DNA from: Brachyspira murdochii
GTDB taxonomy: Bacteria; Spirochaetota; JAAYUW01
Assembly (NCBI GenBank): GCA_020722965.1
Contig: DYJT01000008.1
Location: forward strand, 28,474 to 92,473
Length of the DNA stretch: 64,000 nt
Direction: 5' to 3'
Below, in pieces: positions 39,197-48,932 of the stretch. The notes beneath the pieces are model-generated. The model made no database searches. It was not told the origin of the DNA and saw only the letters and a program-made list of their open reading frames with translations. The position numbers were made by a program, and so were the translations under genes. Each line of letters opens with the position of its first letter. Position 1 is the stretch's first letter.

Positions 39197-39364
39197 TTAT
39201 TTTTTCTTTATTGCTTTAACAGGGCAAATTGGTATGCACTTTTCGCATGAAGTGCATTTGGATTCTATAATTTTATATATTGGATCACCTTCTTCAATAG
39301 CCTCAAAAGGGCATACCACAACACATGCGTTACATCTTAAGCATTCTTTATCGATGTAAATCAT
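39197..39364 (-). CDS. 4Fe-4S ferredoxin (2 x CxxCxxCxxxCP); below the 60-aa cutoff of the ORF track
   Basis: Hand translation of the minus strand gives MIYIDKECLRCNACVVVCPFEAIEEGDPIYKIIESKCTSCEKCIPICPVKAIKKK. Confidence 0.7.
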   Translation of the reverse strand: MIYIDKECLRCNACVVVCPFEAIEEGDPIYKIIESKCTSCEKCIPICPVKAIKKK

Positions 39365-39399
39365 AAAAACTCCTAGAACTGTTATTATAAAACAGCTAT

Positions 39400-40653
39400 T
39401 TAAACAAAAGTTATTTTTTTATATTTCTTTTTCCCTACACGAATAAGTATATAATTTTTTTGCAAATTATCTATTAAAATTTGATATTTAATATCTTTTA
39501 CTATTTTATCATCTATGGTAACTCCACCCTGCTCAATTAATCTTTTGGCATCACTTTTTGATGATGCAAGATCCGAGATTACCATTAGATTAACAAGATC
39601 AACAGTGTTTCCATCCTTTTTTTCAAAATTAAAATTTGGTATCAATCCTAAAACTTCATCATCTAGTTTATTTTCAACATTTTTAGTAAATATTTTTGAT
39701 CCCTTACTAGCTTTTATCGCTTCTTCTTCTCCATGAGCCAGCTTTGTAGTCTCAAATGCTAATATCCTTTTTGCCTCATTAATATTTTTCTCGCTTGCCG
39801 TTATAGATTCGATTTCTTCTATATCCAGTAATGTAAAAAGCTTCATAAATCTTTTTACATCATTATCATCTACATTAATCCAGTATTGGTAATAATCGTA
39901 TGGACTTAGCAAGTCTGCATCTATCCAAACAGCATTTCCGGCTGTTTTACCCATTTTTTCACCATTTGAAGCCACAACCAATGGCGCAGTAAAGGCATAT
40001 GTTTCCTTCTGGTAAATTCTTCGAATTAGATCTATACCTGCCACCATATTACCCCATTGATCTGCACCACCAATTTGCATAATACAATTTTCTTGTTCAA
40101 ATAGTTTTAAAAAATCATATGCCTGCATTACCTGATAATTAAACTCTAAAAATGATAATCCTTTCTCCATTCTTATCTTGTATGATTCAAAAGACAACAT
40201 TCTGTTGACAGAAAAATGTACTCCTATGTCTCTTATGAAATCAATATAATTTAATGGCAACAACCAATCACTATTATATCTTATTTTTGTTTGCCCAACT
40301 TTTCTATCGCCTTCAACTAAATTCAAGAATTGGTTCAAATTTTTCCTTATCCCTTGAGCATTTTGGAAAATTTGATCTTTGGTCATCATCTTGCGCATTT
40401 CTATCTTGCCTGAAGGGTCGCCAACCATTGCCGTACCTGTACCAATAACCGCTATCGGTTTATGACCGTAAATCTCAAACCATTTTAATAGCATTATTGG
40501 TTCAAGACTTCCTACATGCAAGGATGGGGCGGTAGGATCAAATCCTATATAACAAACAACTTCTTGATCATTTAAAATATTTTCGATTTTCTCATCTGTG
40601 ACTTGTTCGATGAATCCTCTTTGAGAAAGAGTTTTAAATAATCCTTGTTTCAT
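39400..40653 (-). CDS. tyrS: Tyrosyl-tRNA synthetase
   Basis: Class I motifs: HIGH-like (PTAPSLHVGSL), KMSKS-like (KMGKT) and a C-terminal S4 domain. Confidence 0.9.
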   Translation of the reverse strand: MKQGLFKTLSQRGFIEQVTDEKIENILNDQEVVCYIGFDPTAPSLHVGSLEPIMLLKWFEIYGHKPIAVIGTGTAMVGDPSGKIEMRKMMTKDQIFQNAQGIRKNLNQFLNLVEGDRKVGQTKIRYNSDWLLPLNYIDFIRDIGVHFSVNRMLSFESYKIRMEKGLSFLEFNYQVMQAYDFLKLFEQENCIMQIGGADQWGNMVAGIDLIRRIYQKETYAFTAPLVVASNGEKMGKTAGNAVWIDADLLSPYDYYQYWINVDDNDVKRFMKLFTLLDIEEIESITASEKNINEAKRILAFETTKLAHGEEEAIKASKGSKIFTKNVENKLDDEVLGLIPNFNFEKKDGNTVDLVNLMVISDLASSKSDAKRLIEQGGVTIDDKIVKDIKYQILIDNLQKNYILIRVGKKKYKKITFV

Positions 40654-40670
40654 ATTTTAACCTTTTTAAT

Positions 40671-41729
40671 CTAATATTCCAGTATCTCTTCTTCTTCTTT
40701 TAATGCTCTTAAAGCTCCTAATACCAGTGCTTCCATCTCATGTTCACCTGGTATAATTTCAAATCTTTCATTTTCATCAAACCATCTTTTTATCCAGTTT
40801 ACTATAGTTTCCGATCTTGCTAACCCTCCTGTTAATATAACAGAATTATATTTCCCTTTTAAAATTGTTTTTTGAGCATTGATCGCCTTGGCTATCTGAA
40901 AGCACATGGCTTCAAGGATATTTTGTATATTTTTGTCTTCCTTTGATTTTTCAAGCAATTCTTTAACATCATCTGTACCAAAATATGCGGTTAAACCACC
41001 GTTTTTAGAATATAGATCATCTATCTGTTCAATTTTTATTTCGCCTTTTTTTATCAATTTTACAACGGTTTTTACGGGTAAAGAGCCACAAGAGGTAGGT
41101 GAAAATGGTCCTGTTTGTCTTCCTTCAACGACATCTACTATTTTGCCGTTTGAAACTGCATTTACCGAAATCCCTCCGCCCATATGGACAACTATGAAAT
41201 TTGAATTAAAAAAATCAAGACCTAAATTTTTTGCAACTTTTCTTACACAAGCCCTCACATTTAGCGCATGTGTTAAGGCTGCAAATTTTATTTTGGGATG
41301 CCCTGTAATTCTTGCTATATCAGCCATTTCGTCGGTAGAAATAGGATCGACTATAAATGAGGGTTTACCTGTAATTTTAGAAAATTCATATACTATCATC
41401 GCTCCAAGCAATGAGGCATGCAAGGTTTGATAATTACCATTTTTTATATCATCGATCATCTTTTGATCTACCTTATAAATCCCTGCTTTTAATGGCTTTA
41501 ATGGACCTCCTCTTCCTGCAAATGCATCAAAACTGGTTAAATCAATATTTCTTGATTTTAAGAAATCCTCTATTGCCCTTTTTCTTAGAGGAAGTTCATC
41601 TATTATTTTTGTAAAAGTATTCAGTTCTTCTTTTGAATGCTTTATATTTTGTTCATCAATTAACTCATCATCCTCATAGATAGCAATCTTGGTAGAAGTT
41701 GAACCTGGGTTTACGGCCAAAATTTTCAT
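40671..41729 (-). CDS. buk: Butyrate kinase (ASKHA superfamily)
   Basis: MKILAVNPGSTSTKIAIYED.... The RBS GGAGG sits 6 nt upstream of this ATG. The track ORF to 41747 starts at an upstream TTG and is likely an over-extension. Confidence 0.8.
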   Translation of the reverse strand: MKILAVNPGSTSTKIAIYEDDELIDEQNIKHSKEELNTFTKIIDELPLRKRAIEDFLKSRNIDLTSFDAFAGRGGPLKPLKAGIYKVDQKMIDDIKNGNYQTLHASLLGAMIVYEFSKITGKPSFIVDPISTDEMADIARITGHPKIKFAALTHALNVRACVRKVAKNLGLDFFNSNFIVVHMGGGISVNAVSNGKIVDVVEGRQTGPFSPTSCGSLPVKTVVKLIKKGEIKIEQIDDLYSKNGGLTAYFGTDDVKELLEKSKEDKNIQNILEAMCFQIAKAINAQKTILKGKYNSVILTGGLARSETIVNWIKRWFDENERFEIIPGEHEMEALVLGALRALKEEEEILEY

Positions 41730-41782
41730 TTGATCTCCTTCCCTCAATATTTAAATATTAAAACCAAAAGATTATAATATTG

Positions 41783-43603
41783 TTATATCTGGGATTTTCC
41801 TTTATTAGTTAGATTGATAAAGAAGTTTTTAAAAGTTTCAAGTAATTCTTTACTTAATCTATCATTCATTGTCACCACCTGAAAATATATCTTAATTTTT
41901 GGTTCTGTTCCCGATGGCCTAATGGTAATTTTAAAGTTTTCACCGATATACTGAATCAAATCGCTTTTTGGAAAATTTTCATAACCATCTTTAAAATCTA
42001 TCACCTTTCTTATCTTTTTACCACAGATTGTCTCGGAAATATTATCACTTAAAAAACTCATTAATTTAAGAGTGATTTCATTCAAACCGATATTTTTATC
42101 GTAGGCAAGATCAATATTCAAAAGATCATTTTTATAATAACCAAACTGATTGTAAATAGAATTTAAATATTTTTTAACCGATAGATTCTGGTTCTTCAGA
42201 TAGCAGACCAGTTCAAGCATTAAGTTTATAGTTGAAAACGAATCTTTGTCTCTTAAAATATTACTTGCAAGAAATCCATTACTCTCTTCTGCTGCAAAAA
42301 GAAAAGTCTTATTCTGATTTTTATTTATCTGATCTCCTATATATTTAAAACCTATAAGTGTTTTGATTATTTCGACGCCAAAATATCTTCCTATTATTTC
42401 AAATAAATCTGTTGTCACAACTGTGGTTATAGCATAATAATTGAAAGGAGATTTATTTAAAAATCCTTGCTCTATCTCTTTTAATCTAACCTGCGTACAG
42501 ATATAATAGAATAGCATAATAGCTATTTCGTTTCCCGAGGGGATAAAATACCCGCCATCTTCTAAAAAGGCAAAACCTACTCTATCTGCATCAGGATCTG
42601 TAGCTATAACTACATCTACATTATTTTTTATAGCTAATTCGATGGCTTTCTCAAAACTTGCAGGATTTTCTGGATTTAACGATTTAATTTTTGAAAAATC
42701 GCTATCAATTACTATCTGCTCATCGACATAGTAGGTTGTAAAATTTATCTTCTGTGCCAGAAACCTAAAAATATTTATACCAGTACCATGAAGACTTGTA
42801 TAAACTACTTTTAATAATTTTTTTGATTGATTTGAATTTTTATTAAAAGATATTTCTGTGATTTTGTCAATAAAAGATGATATCAAAACTTCATCCAGAT
42901 ATTTTATCTTTTTTTCATCAACAAATTTATTAAATAAGGTGAGGTTTACAGGTTCTAATTGAGAATAATTTATATAATTTTGCATAATATCATTTGCTTC
43001 TTTTGAAAGTATCTGCGAACCAGTATAGTTATAAACTTTAAATCCATTATATTCTTTAGGATTATGAGAAGCAGTAATCATTATTCCACAACAACTCTTT
43101 GTTTCTATTGTGGAATAAGATAGAAAAGGTGTTGGAAGTGGCTTAAAAGCATAAAAAACTTCGAAACCATTTTCAACGGCTATGATTGAGGTAATCTTTG
43201 CGAATAGTTCAGAGTTTTTCCTTGTATCATATGAGATACAAACAGATCTTTTCTGTGTTTTTTCTTCTTTTTTAAAATAATTCAATGTCACATAGGCGGC
43301 TTTAGATATGGTGTAAGTGTTTATATTTGAAAAACCTACATCCATTATCCCTCGAAGTCCACCAGTACCAAACTTTAAATCATTTGAAAACCAGGATTTG
43401 ATTGCCTTCTGGTTATTGTTTAATATTGCCTTTTCTATCTTATCCCTATCTTTGTCTTGGACAAAATTGTAGTAATCTTTTATCTTGGCTTTTAGCTTTT
43501 CTTCAATATCTAGATTATTTAACATTTCAACTATAGAATTTTCTTCATTTGATCTATCTGAGTTTCCCATCAACATCTTCCATCTTAAGATTTTTCTATT
43601 CAT
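41783..43603 (-). CDS. Phosphoglucomutase/phosphomannomutase family protein
   Basis: 606 aa with an active-site Ser block (GIMITASHNPKEYNGFK) and a metal-binding loop (DPDADR). Confidence 0.8.
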   Translation of the reverse strand: MNRKILRWKMLMGNSDRSNEENSIVEMLNNLDIEEKLKAKIKDYYNFVQDKDRDKIEKAILNNNQKAIKSWFSNDLKFGTGGLRGIMDVGFSNINTYTISKAAYVTLNYFKKEEKTQKRSVCISYDTRKNSELFAKITSIIAVENGFEVFYAFKPLPTPFLSYSTIETKSCCGIMITASHNPKEYNGFKVYNYTGSQILSKEANDIMQNYINYSQLEPVNLTLFNKFVDEKKIKYLDEVLISSFIDKITEISFNKNSNQSKKLLKVVYTSLHGTGINIFRFLAQKINFTTYYVDEQIVIDSDFSKIKSLNPENPASFEKAIELAIKNNVDVVIATDPDADRVGFAFLEDGGYFIPSGNEIAIMLFYYICTQVRLKEIEQGFLNKSPFNYYAITTVVTTDLFEIIGRYFGVEIIKTLIGFKYIGDQINKNQNKTFLFAAEESNGFLASNILRDKDSFSTINLMLELVCYLKNQNLSVKKYLNSIYNQFGYYKNDLLNIDLAYDKNIGLNEITLKLMSFLSDNISETICGKKIRKVIDFKDGYENFPKSDLIQYIGENFKITIRPSGTEPKIKIYFQVVTMNDRLSKELLETFKNFFINLTNKGKSQI

Positions 43604-45056
43604 ATGTCTTTAAATCATCTACTTCGTATTTTATCTTTTCAAAGATTTGATCAGAAAGCTCATATAATTTTTCTTTTGTATTCAAAGAGTTATCATCCAG
43701 GACATATTCAAGCAGTTGCTTTAATATTTTGCCAACCAATTTTGATGGTTTGATTTCATATCTGTTCATTATATCATGACCATTAATAGCTAAATCAGAT
43801 ACTTTTAATGCATGGTTTTCTTTAATAACCTGTTGAATCTTATCCCAGAAATCTATTAATATTTTTGGATAACCAAAATTTTTCCCATTCCCTATCCTAT
43901 CCGCGACTCTTAATGCAAAAAGCATAGGGATTAAATCTTCTCCAACTCTTGAGATAAATCTTTTAACAGCCCCTTCTGTCCAGGATGTTGTATAATGGAA
44001 CATATGATATTTTACCAATTTAGTAATTGTTTGTATTTCATATTTTGAATATCTATATTCCGTGAGGAAATTTTTTGCTATTTTTTCCGAATGAATTTCA
44101 TGATTGTAAAAAACATTTTCCTTCAAACCTTTTTTTCTACACTCCATTAAAGAAATTGGCTTACCAATATCATGAAAAAGGGCCGCTAACCTTAAAATAA
44201 TATTTTTTGGCGCAGCATCACAACTATAAAGAAGATGATAGTAGACATCATGCAAATGGTATTCATTTTGTTGTTCACCATAACAATCTTTTAATTCTGG
44301 GATCAAAATATCGAGAACAGATGATTGCCTTAAAAGTTCAATACCAAATGAAGGTTTGTCAGAGAGGATCAACCTGTTTAATTCATCCCTAATTCTTTCT
44401 TTAGATATATTATTAAGAAGATGGGAATTCTTCCTTATCTGTTTCATCGTACCTTCATCAATTTCAAACATTAAATTTGATGAAAATCTTAATGCTCTTA
44501 AAATTCTAAGTGCATCCTCTTTGAATCTTAGCTCTGCATCTCCGACAGTTCTAATGATTCTCCTTTGAATATCATCTATTCCGTTAAAATCGTCTATAAA
44601 CTCCTTCGTAAATGGATTAAATGCAAAAGCATTTATCGTGAAATCTCTTCTTGCCAGATCTTGATGTATATTTTGGACATATTGTACTTTTTCTGGATGT
44701 CTTAAATCATAATATTGCTGATCCACTCTAAATGTGGTTATTTCGTATTTATTTTTTAATCCAATAACGGTCACCGTTCCATGTTTAATTCCAGTGGGAA
44801 TAACTTTGCTAAACAATCTTACTATTTGTTCAGGCAGTGCATCTGTAGCAATATCTATATCTATATTGTTAGATTTTCTTTCTAAAATTATATCTCTAAT
44901 ATAGCCACCCACAATATATGTTTTAAATCCTTCATCCTCTATTCGCTTTAATATCGAGAGTAATTCTCTGTTTTCTTCATTGTTTATATTAAGCGCAATC
45001 TTTGCAAAAATATTTTCAATATTTCCTATAAAATCCATTTTTCCCTGATTAATCAA
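43596..45056 (-). CDS. cca: CCA-adding tRNA nucleotidyltransferase / poly(A) polymerase-family protein with a C-terminal HD domain
   Basis: N-terminal Pol-beta nucleotidyltransferase head (GGYIRDIIL...DIDIA) and an HD motif (LFHDIGKP). Confidence 0.8.
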   Translation of the reverse strand: MINQGKMDFIGNIENIFAKIALNINNEENRELLSILKRIEDEGFKTYIVGGYIRDIILERKSNNIDIDIATDALPEQIVRLFSKVIPTGIKHGTVTVIGLKNKYEITTFRVDQQYYDLRHPEKVQYVQNIHQDLARRDFTINAFAFNPFTKEFIDDFNGIDDIQRRIIRTVGDAELRFKEDALRILRALRFSSNLMFEIDEGTMKQIRKNSHLLNNISKERIRDELNRLILSDKPSFGIELLRQSSVLDILIPELKDCYGEQQNEYHLHDVYYHLLYSCDAAPKNIILRLAALFHDIGKPISLMECRKKGLKENVFYNHEIHSEKIAKNFLTEYRYSKYEIQTITKLVKYHMFHYTTSWTEGAVKRFISRVGEDLIPMLFALRVADRIGNGKNFGYPKILIDFWDKIQQVIKENHALKVSDLAINGHDIMNRYEIKPSKLVGKILKQLLEYVLDDNSLNTKEKLYELSDQIFEKIKYEVDDLKTYE

Positions 45057-46943
45057 AATTTAAGCCAAATTAAATTAGTCTTTAAAAAAAAATTGTCAAA
45101 ATTATTATATATTATTAAAAATCAAGAGGTTATTATTCTTCAATATTAATATTACCATATTTGTATTTGTAGAAAGTATTAGTACTAAAAAAAATTTTGG
45201 TAACAAGCAAGAAATTGTGATTGGGGAAAGATTTGATTTTTTAAAGCTATCATTACAAACTGAAAGAAGGAGTTTCAAAAATACAAAAATATCATTAGTT
45301 ATTTTTCGGAATACATCGTAAATTAATTTAAATTTTGTACCTTACAAGATAACTCAATTTAATTCAAAAGAAATTATATTAAGTAGAACTTCATCATATA
45401 AACTTTTTTAAATATTTTTTTCTCTTGATGTTTATATTGATGATTAAAGAAAGATTAAAGAAGAAAAAAGGATATTAAATAACAAGAAAATATAGAAAAG
45501 AGAAAATAGACTAGAACTTCGAGTCAGGAGAAATTAACTTAATTCAAACTTAAGAACTAAAATTCATTATTTAATATTAAGCTGCGTATCAATCCCATTG
45601 AAAGAGATAAAACTAAAAAAAGAGATGATGAGTAAAACCAGAAAAAAAGTCTTTTTCTTCATTTTAATTCCTTTAATTGCAAATCGGAAAATAATTTGTC
45701 ATAAAATAAGCATGAATATCCATAATAAGATAAGGATAATTCATGCCTTTATTTCTTTTATTATAATTAAGGTTGATCCGGTAATAACTCTTGATTTACA
45801 TATACTATGTAATATGTTCCTCAAAGTTGGAAAAATAGTAAAAGAAATAAAGTTAGATGCTACTTTATTAGATTTTTTATTAATAGAAAATCTATTATTG
45901 AATATTAAATTAATATTTTTATAATTTTTATTTTTATTAAAAGGTAAAGACTTATTTTTAATTAAAAAGAATCGAGAATTCAGGCGATAAGAGATAAGAG
46001 ATAAGATTTTATTTGTCTTCAATCTGTTTATTTAAAAAATTTATTTAATTTATGTAAAGTATTTTTTAATTTTATTGAAAAATTTTTTAATTTTTTATTC
46101 TTTTATTAATTACCCATAAAAATGTCTACCACAAAAATTTTTGCATATCTATAATTCTAAAATTATTTAAAATTAAAAAATAGAATTAATCATCTTAAAA
46201 TAATTTTTTGGTAAAATCTTCCCACTAGAAGTTATCTTATTAAATTAGTTAATACTTATAAAAATAATTCCAATAAAAATTCACTAGATAACTTAAAAAA
46301 TTACATCCAGCAGAAATATATAGAGCAAAACGATCAGCAATACCCTCTATGCGGGTAATTCCTATCCAAATAAAAAGGATTATATTATAAACAATAAAAT
46401 GCGAATAATAGTTGTGTAACAATTAAATGTCGTTCTTGTAAATAGCACCATAAAACTGATTAAGACTTAAAGCAAATCAAAAAATGATGGCAAGACGACA
46501 ATATTACCTATATAAAATAGATAAAAATCTGGGACAATTTACTACAAAAGAGAGAAAGGGCAAATAAAATATTTACTTTACTTATGCATATTTGATAGAT
46601 GGATTATTAAAAAATAGGCTAAATAATAGATTATTAAATAATTGATTATTAAATATAAGATAATCCAAGATTGCGTAAAAAATATGACTATAATGAACCA
46701 CGTACAGTTTTACCATGAATAAAAATTTGTTCGCAATTGATTTAATAGAACATTAATAAGATAGCTGTATGAATAACAAATAGCAAAAGACTAAGGCATT
46801 TTTCAACTGAAATAGAAAAAACTTAAAAATAATCCTAGATTATGTTATTTCTTGTAATCTTAAAATCTCTTTTTACTTATTAATTATTAAAAATAGTATA
46901 AAAAAGAATCTGATTAAACTTTTAAAAAAAGGGATCTTTTAAA

Positions 46944-48542
46944 ATGGTGTCAATTAAAACTTTATATATTGAGGAAAGTGTAAGTAATATAATACAAATC
47001 GAATGCGATAGTGCACCGGGGATACCGGGCATTGTATTTTCAGGAAGAGCAGGTAAAATAATTGAAGAAAGTGCAATAAGAGTTAGACAAGCTATAAGGA
47101 ATACCTTTGATATCTCATTTGTAGTAAAAATTTTAATAAATTTAATCCCAGCTGATATTAAAAAAAATACAAATTTATTTGATCTTCCTTTAGCTATAGC
47201 CATATTGGGTGCACTTAATAAGATTAGTTTCTCATTGAATGAAATCTTAATCTTAGGAGAGCTATCTCTTTCTGGTCAAATTAGTACTATCAACTCGGTA
47301 ATACCACATCTTTTAAGAGCAAATTCTTTAGGTTTCAAATATTGTATAATTCCAGATGAAGATATTCCTGAAAATCTTCATTTGCCAGTTTCAATTAAAA
47401 AAGTTAAAAACCTTTTTGAAACATGGGAATTAATATCAAAACTATTCTTAAAAAAACCAGAGAATGCGAATGTTCCGGATGATATTAGTATTAAAAGTAA
47501 AGAAACCAATGACTATTTAAAAAGACAAATAAACTATTGCAAGACAACCTTCAAAGATAATTTAGTTGAAGAAAGTCTTTGCAATAATGAAATCGATTAT
47601 GATTTCAAAGATTATGTTGGTGGTTTGTATGTCAAAAGGGCCTTGACTATATGTGCGGCGGGATTCCATTCCATCTATTTACTAGGTCCTTCTGGAACCG
47701 GGAAGACACTTTTATCGACAATGTTTAAAAATGTTTTACCCCCTATTTTAAAAAAGGAGTTATATGAAATAATCGATTTATATTCCCAATTCAACATAAC
47801 TTTTGAAACAAAAAGATTAAAAAGACCTTATAGGGTACCACATCATAGTTCGACTGTTATTTCCATGGTCGGGGGTGGAAACCCGCTCACAATAGGCGAA
47901 GTTTCACTTGCAAACAATGGGGTGTTGGTACTTGACGAGATAAATCTCTTTAGCAAGATAGTACTTGAAAGTCTTAGAGAACCTTTCGAAGAACAAAAAG
48001 TTATGATTTCCAGAGCAAGATATAAAGTAATTTTGCCATCATCATTTTTACTTTTCATGATAAGCAATCTTTGTGCATGTGGTAATTATGGTTCTTCAAA
48101 AAGAACTTGCGTTTGTAGTGAGATTCAAAGGCAAAACTTTCTTTCTCATATTTCAGGTGCATTAAAAGATCGAATAGATATAACCTTTATATTGGATGAC
48201 AATGTTAATAATAAATCGAATAATATAGATACAAAAACCATAAAAGATTTGGTTATTAAATCCTTTGAAAAACAGTTCTATAGATACCTCAACTCAGAAA
48301 CCAAGTTTAATGGAAAAGTTTATAAAACCGAGCTTAAAAAATATATTAAAATAGATGGTGAACTCGAATTTTATTTAAATGATTTTATGAAAAAAAACGG
48401 CCAATCCTTTAGAAAGATGGAAAAGGTAATTAAGGTTGCAAGAACGATTGCAGACATTGAAAATCATTCCGAAATCCAGAAGACTGATCTTATTGAGGCT
48501 ATTTTTTTTGTTACCGGTTTAAAAAATTTAAAAAACTATTGA
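46944..48542 (+). CDS. comM: Mg-chelatase-related AAA+ protein YifB/ComM
   Basis: 532 aa with an N-terminal Lon-like domain, Walker A (GPSGTGKT), Walker B (VLVLDEINLF) and a C-terminal ChlI-like region. Confidence 0.85.
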   Translation: MVSIKTLYIEESVSNIIQIECDSAPGIPGIVFSGRAGKIIEESAIRVRQAIRNTFDISFVVKILINLIPADIKKNTNLFDLPLAIAILGALNKISFSLNEILILGELSLSGQISTINSVIPHLLRANSLGFKYCIIPDEDIPENLHLPVSIKKVKNLFETWELISKLFLKKPENANVPDDISIKSKETNDYLKRQINYCKTTFKDNLVEESLCNNEIDYDFKDYVGGLYVKRALTICAAGFHSIYLLGPSGTGKTLLSTMFKNVLPPILKKELYEIIDLYSQFNITFETKRLKRPYRVPHHSSTVISMVGGGNPLTIGEVSLANNGVLVLDEINLFSKIVLESLREPFEEQKVMISRARYKVILPSSFLLFMISNLCACGNYGSSKRTCVCSEIQRQNFLSHISGALKDRIDITFILDDNVNNKSNNIDTKTIKDLVIKSFEKQFYRYLNSETKFNGKVYKTELKKYIKIDGELEFYLNDFMKKNGQSFRKMEKVIKVARTIADIENHSEIQKTDLIEAIFFVTGLKNLKNY

Positions 48543-48601
48543 CTTTTAACTTTAAATTTTTGTATATTTTATAAAAGATTTATCTTTCCCAGGAGGATAC
48601 A

Positions 48602-48868
48602 ATGAAGATTAGACCTTTATATGATAGGATTCTTGTAAAGATACTACCACCAGAAGAAAAAACAAAAGGTGGCCTTTTTTTACCTCAAACAGCTCAAGAA
48701 AAAACTCAAGAAGGTTTAGTTGAAGCTATTGGCGATAGTGATCAGATTAAAGTAAAAGTTGGTGATAAGGTTATTTATGACAAATATGCTGGAACCACTT
48801 TAAAAATTGATGAACAGGACTACTTAATACTTAGAAATAACGATATTTTAGCTGTTGTAGAGGCTTAG
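48602..48868 (+). CDS. groES: Co-chaperonin GroES (Cpn10)
   Basis: 88 aa (MKIRPLYDRILVK...GGLFLP...DILAVVEA). Not followed by groEL. Confidence 0.85.
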   Translation: MKIRPLYDRILVKILPPEEKTKGGLFLPQTAQEKTQEGLVEAIGDSDQIKVKVGDKVIYDKYAGTTLKIDEQDYLILRNNDILAVVEA

Positions 48869-48902
48869 TATTTCAATTTTTTCGTTATTTGTATTAACTT
48901 AA

Positions 48903-48932
48903 GGGCTACCCAAAAAGGTAGCCTTTTTTATA
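48903..48932. terminator. Bidirectional rho-independent terminator between groES and glgB
   Basis: GGGCTACC-loop-GGTAGCC followed by TTTTTTAT. Confidence 0.6.

Noticed and set aside
40654-40670. T-box leader upstream of tyrS (and of hisS at 5252)
   Set aside because: tyrS starts 17 nt after the buk stop and hisS overlaps the preceding gene, so no room exists for a ~250 nt T-box element.
45598-46022. Two overlapping opposite-strand ORFs (108 aa and 93 aa) in the 1.9 kb non-coding island
   Set aside because: Both translate to I/K/N/L/F low-complexity strings with no start context or RBS, and they overlap each other. Random ORFs of this size are expected in sequence this AT-rich.
45057-46943. 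Chromosomal origin of replication (oriC) in the non-coding island
   Set aside because: No dnaA or dnaN genes are nearby and I see no cluster of TTATCCACA-like DnaA boxes, only isolated partial matches such as TATCCAAA. I kept it only as a low-probability option in the finding.
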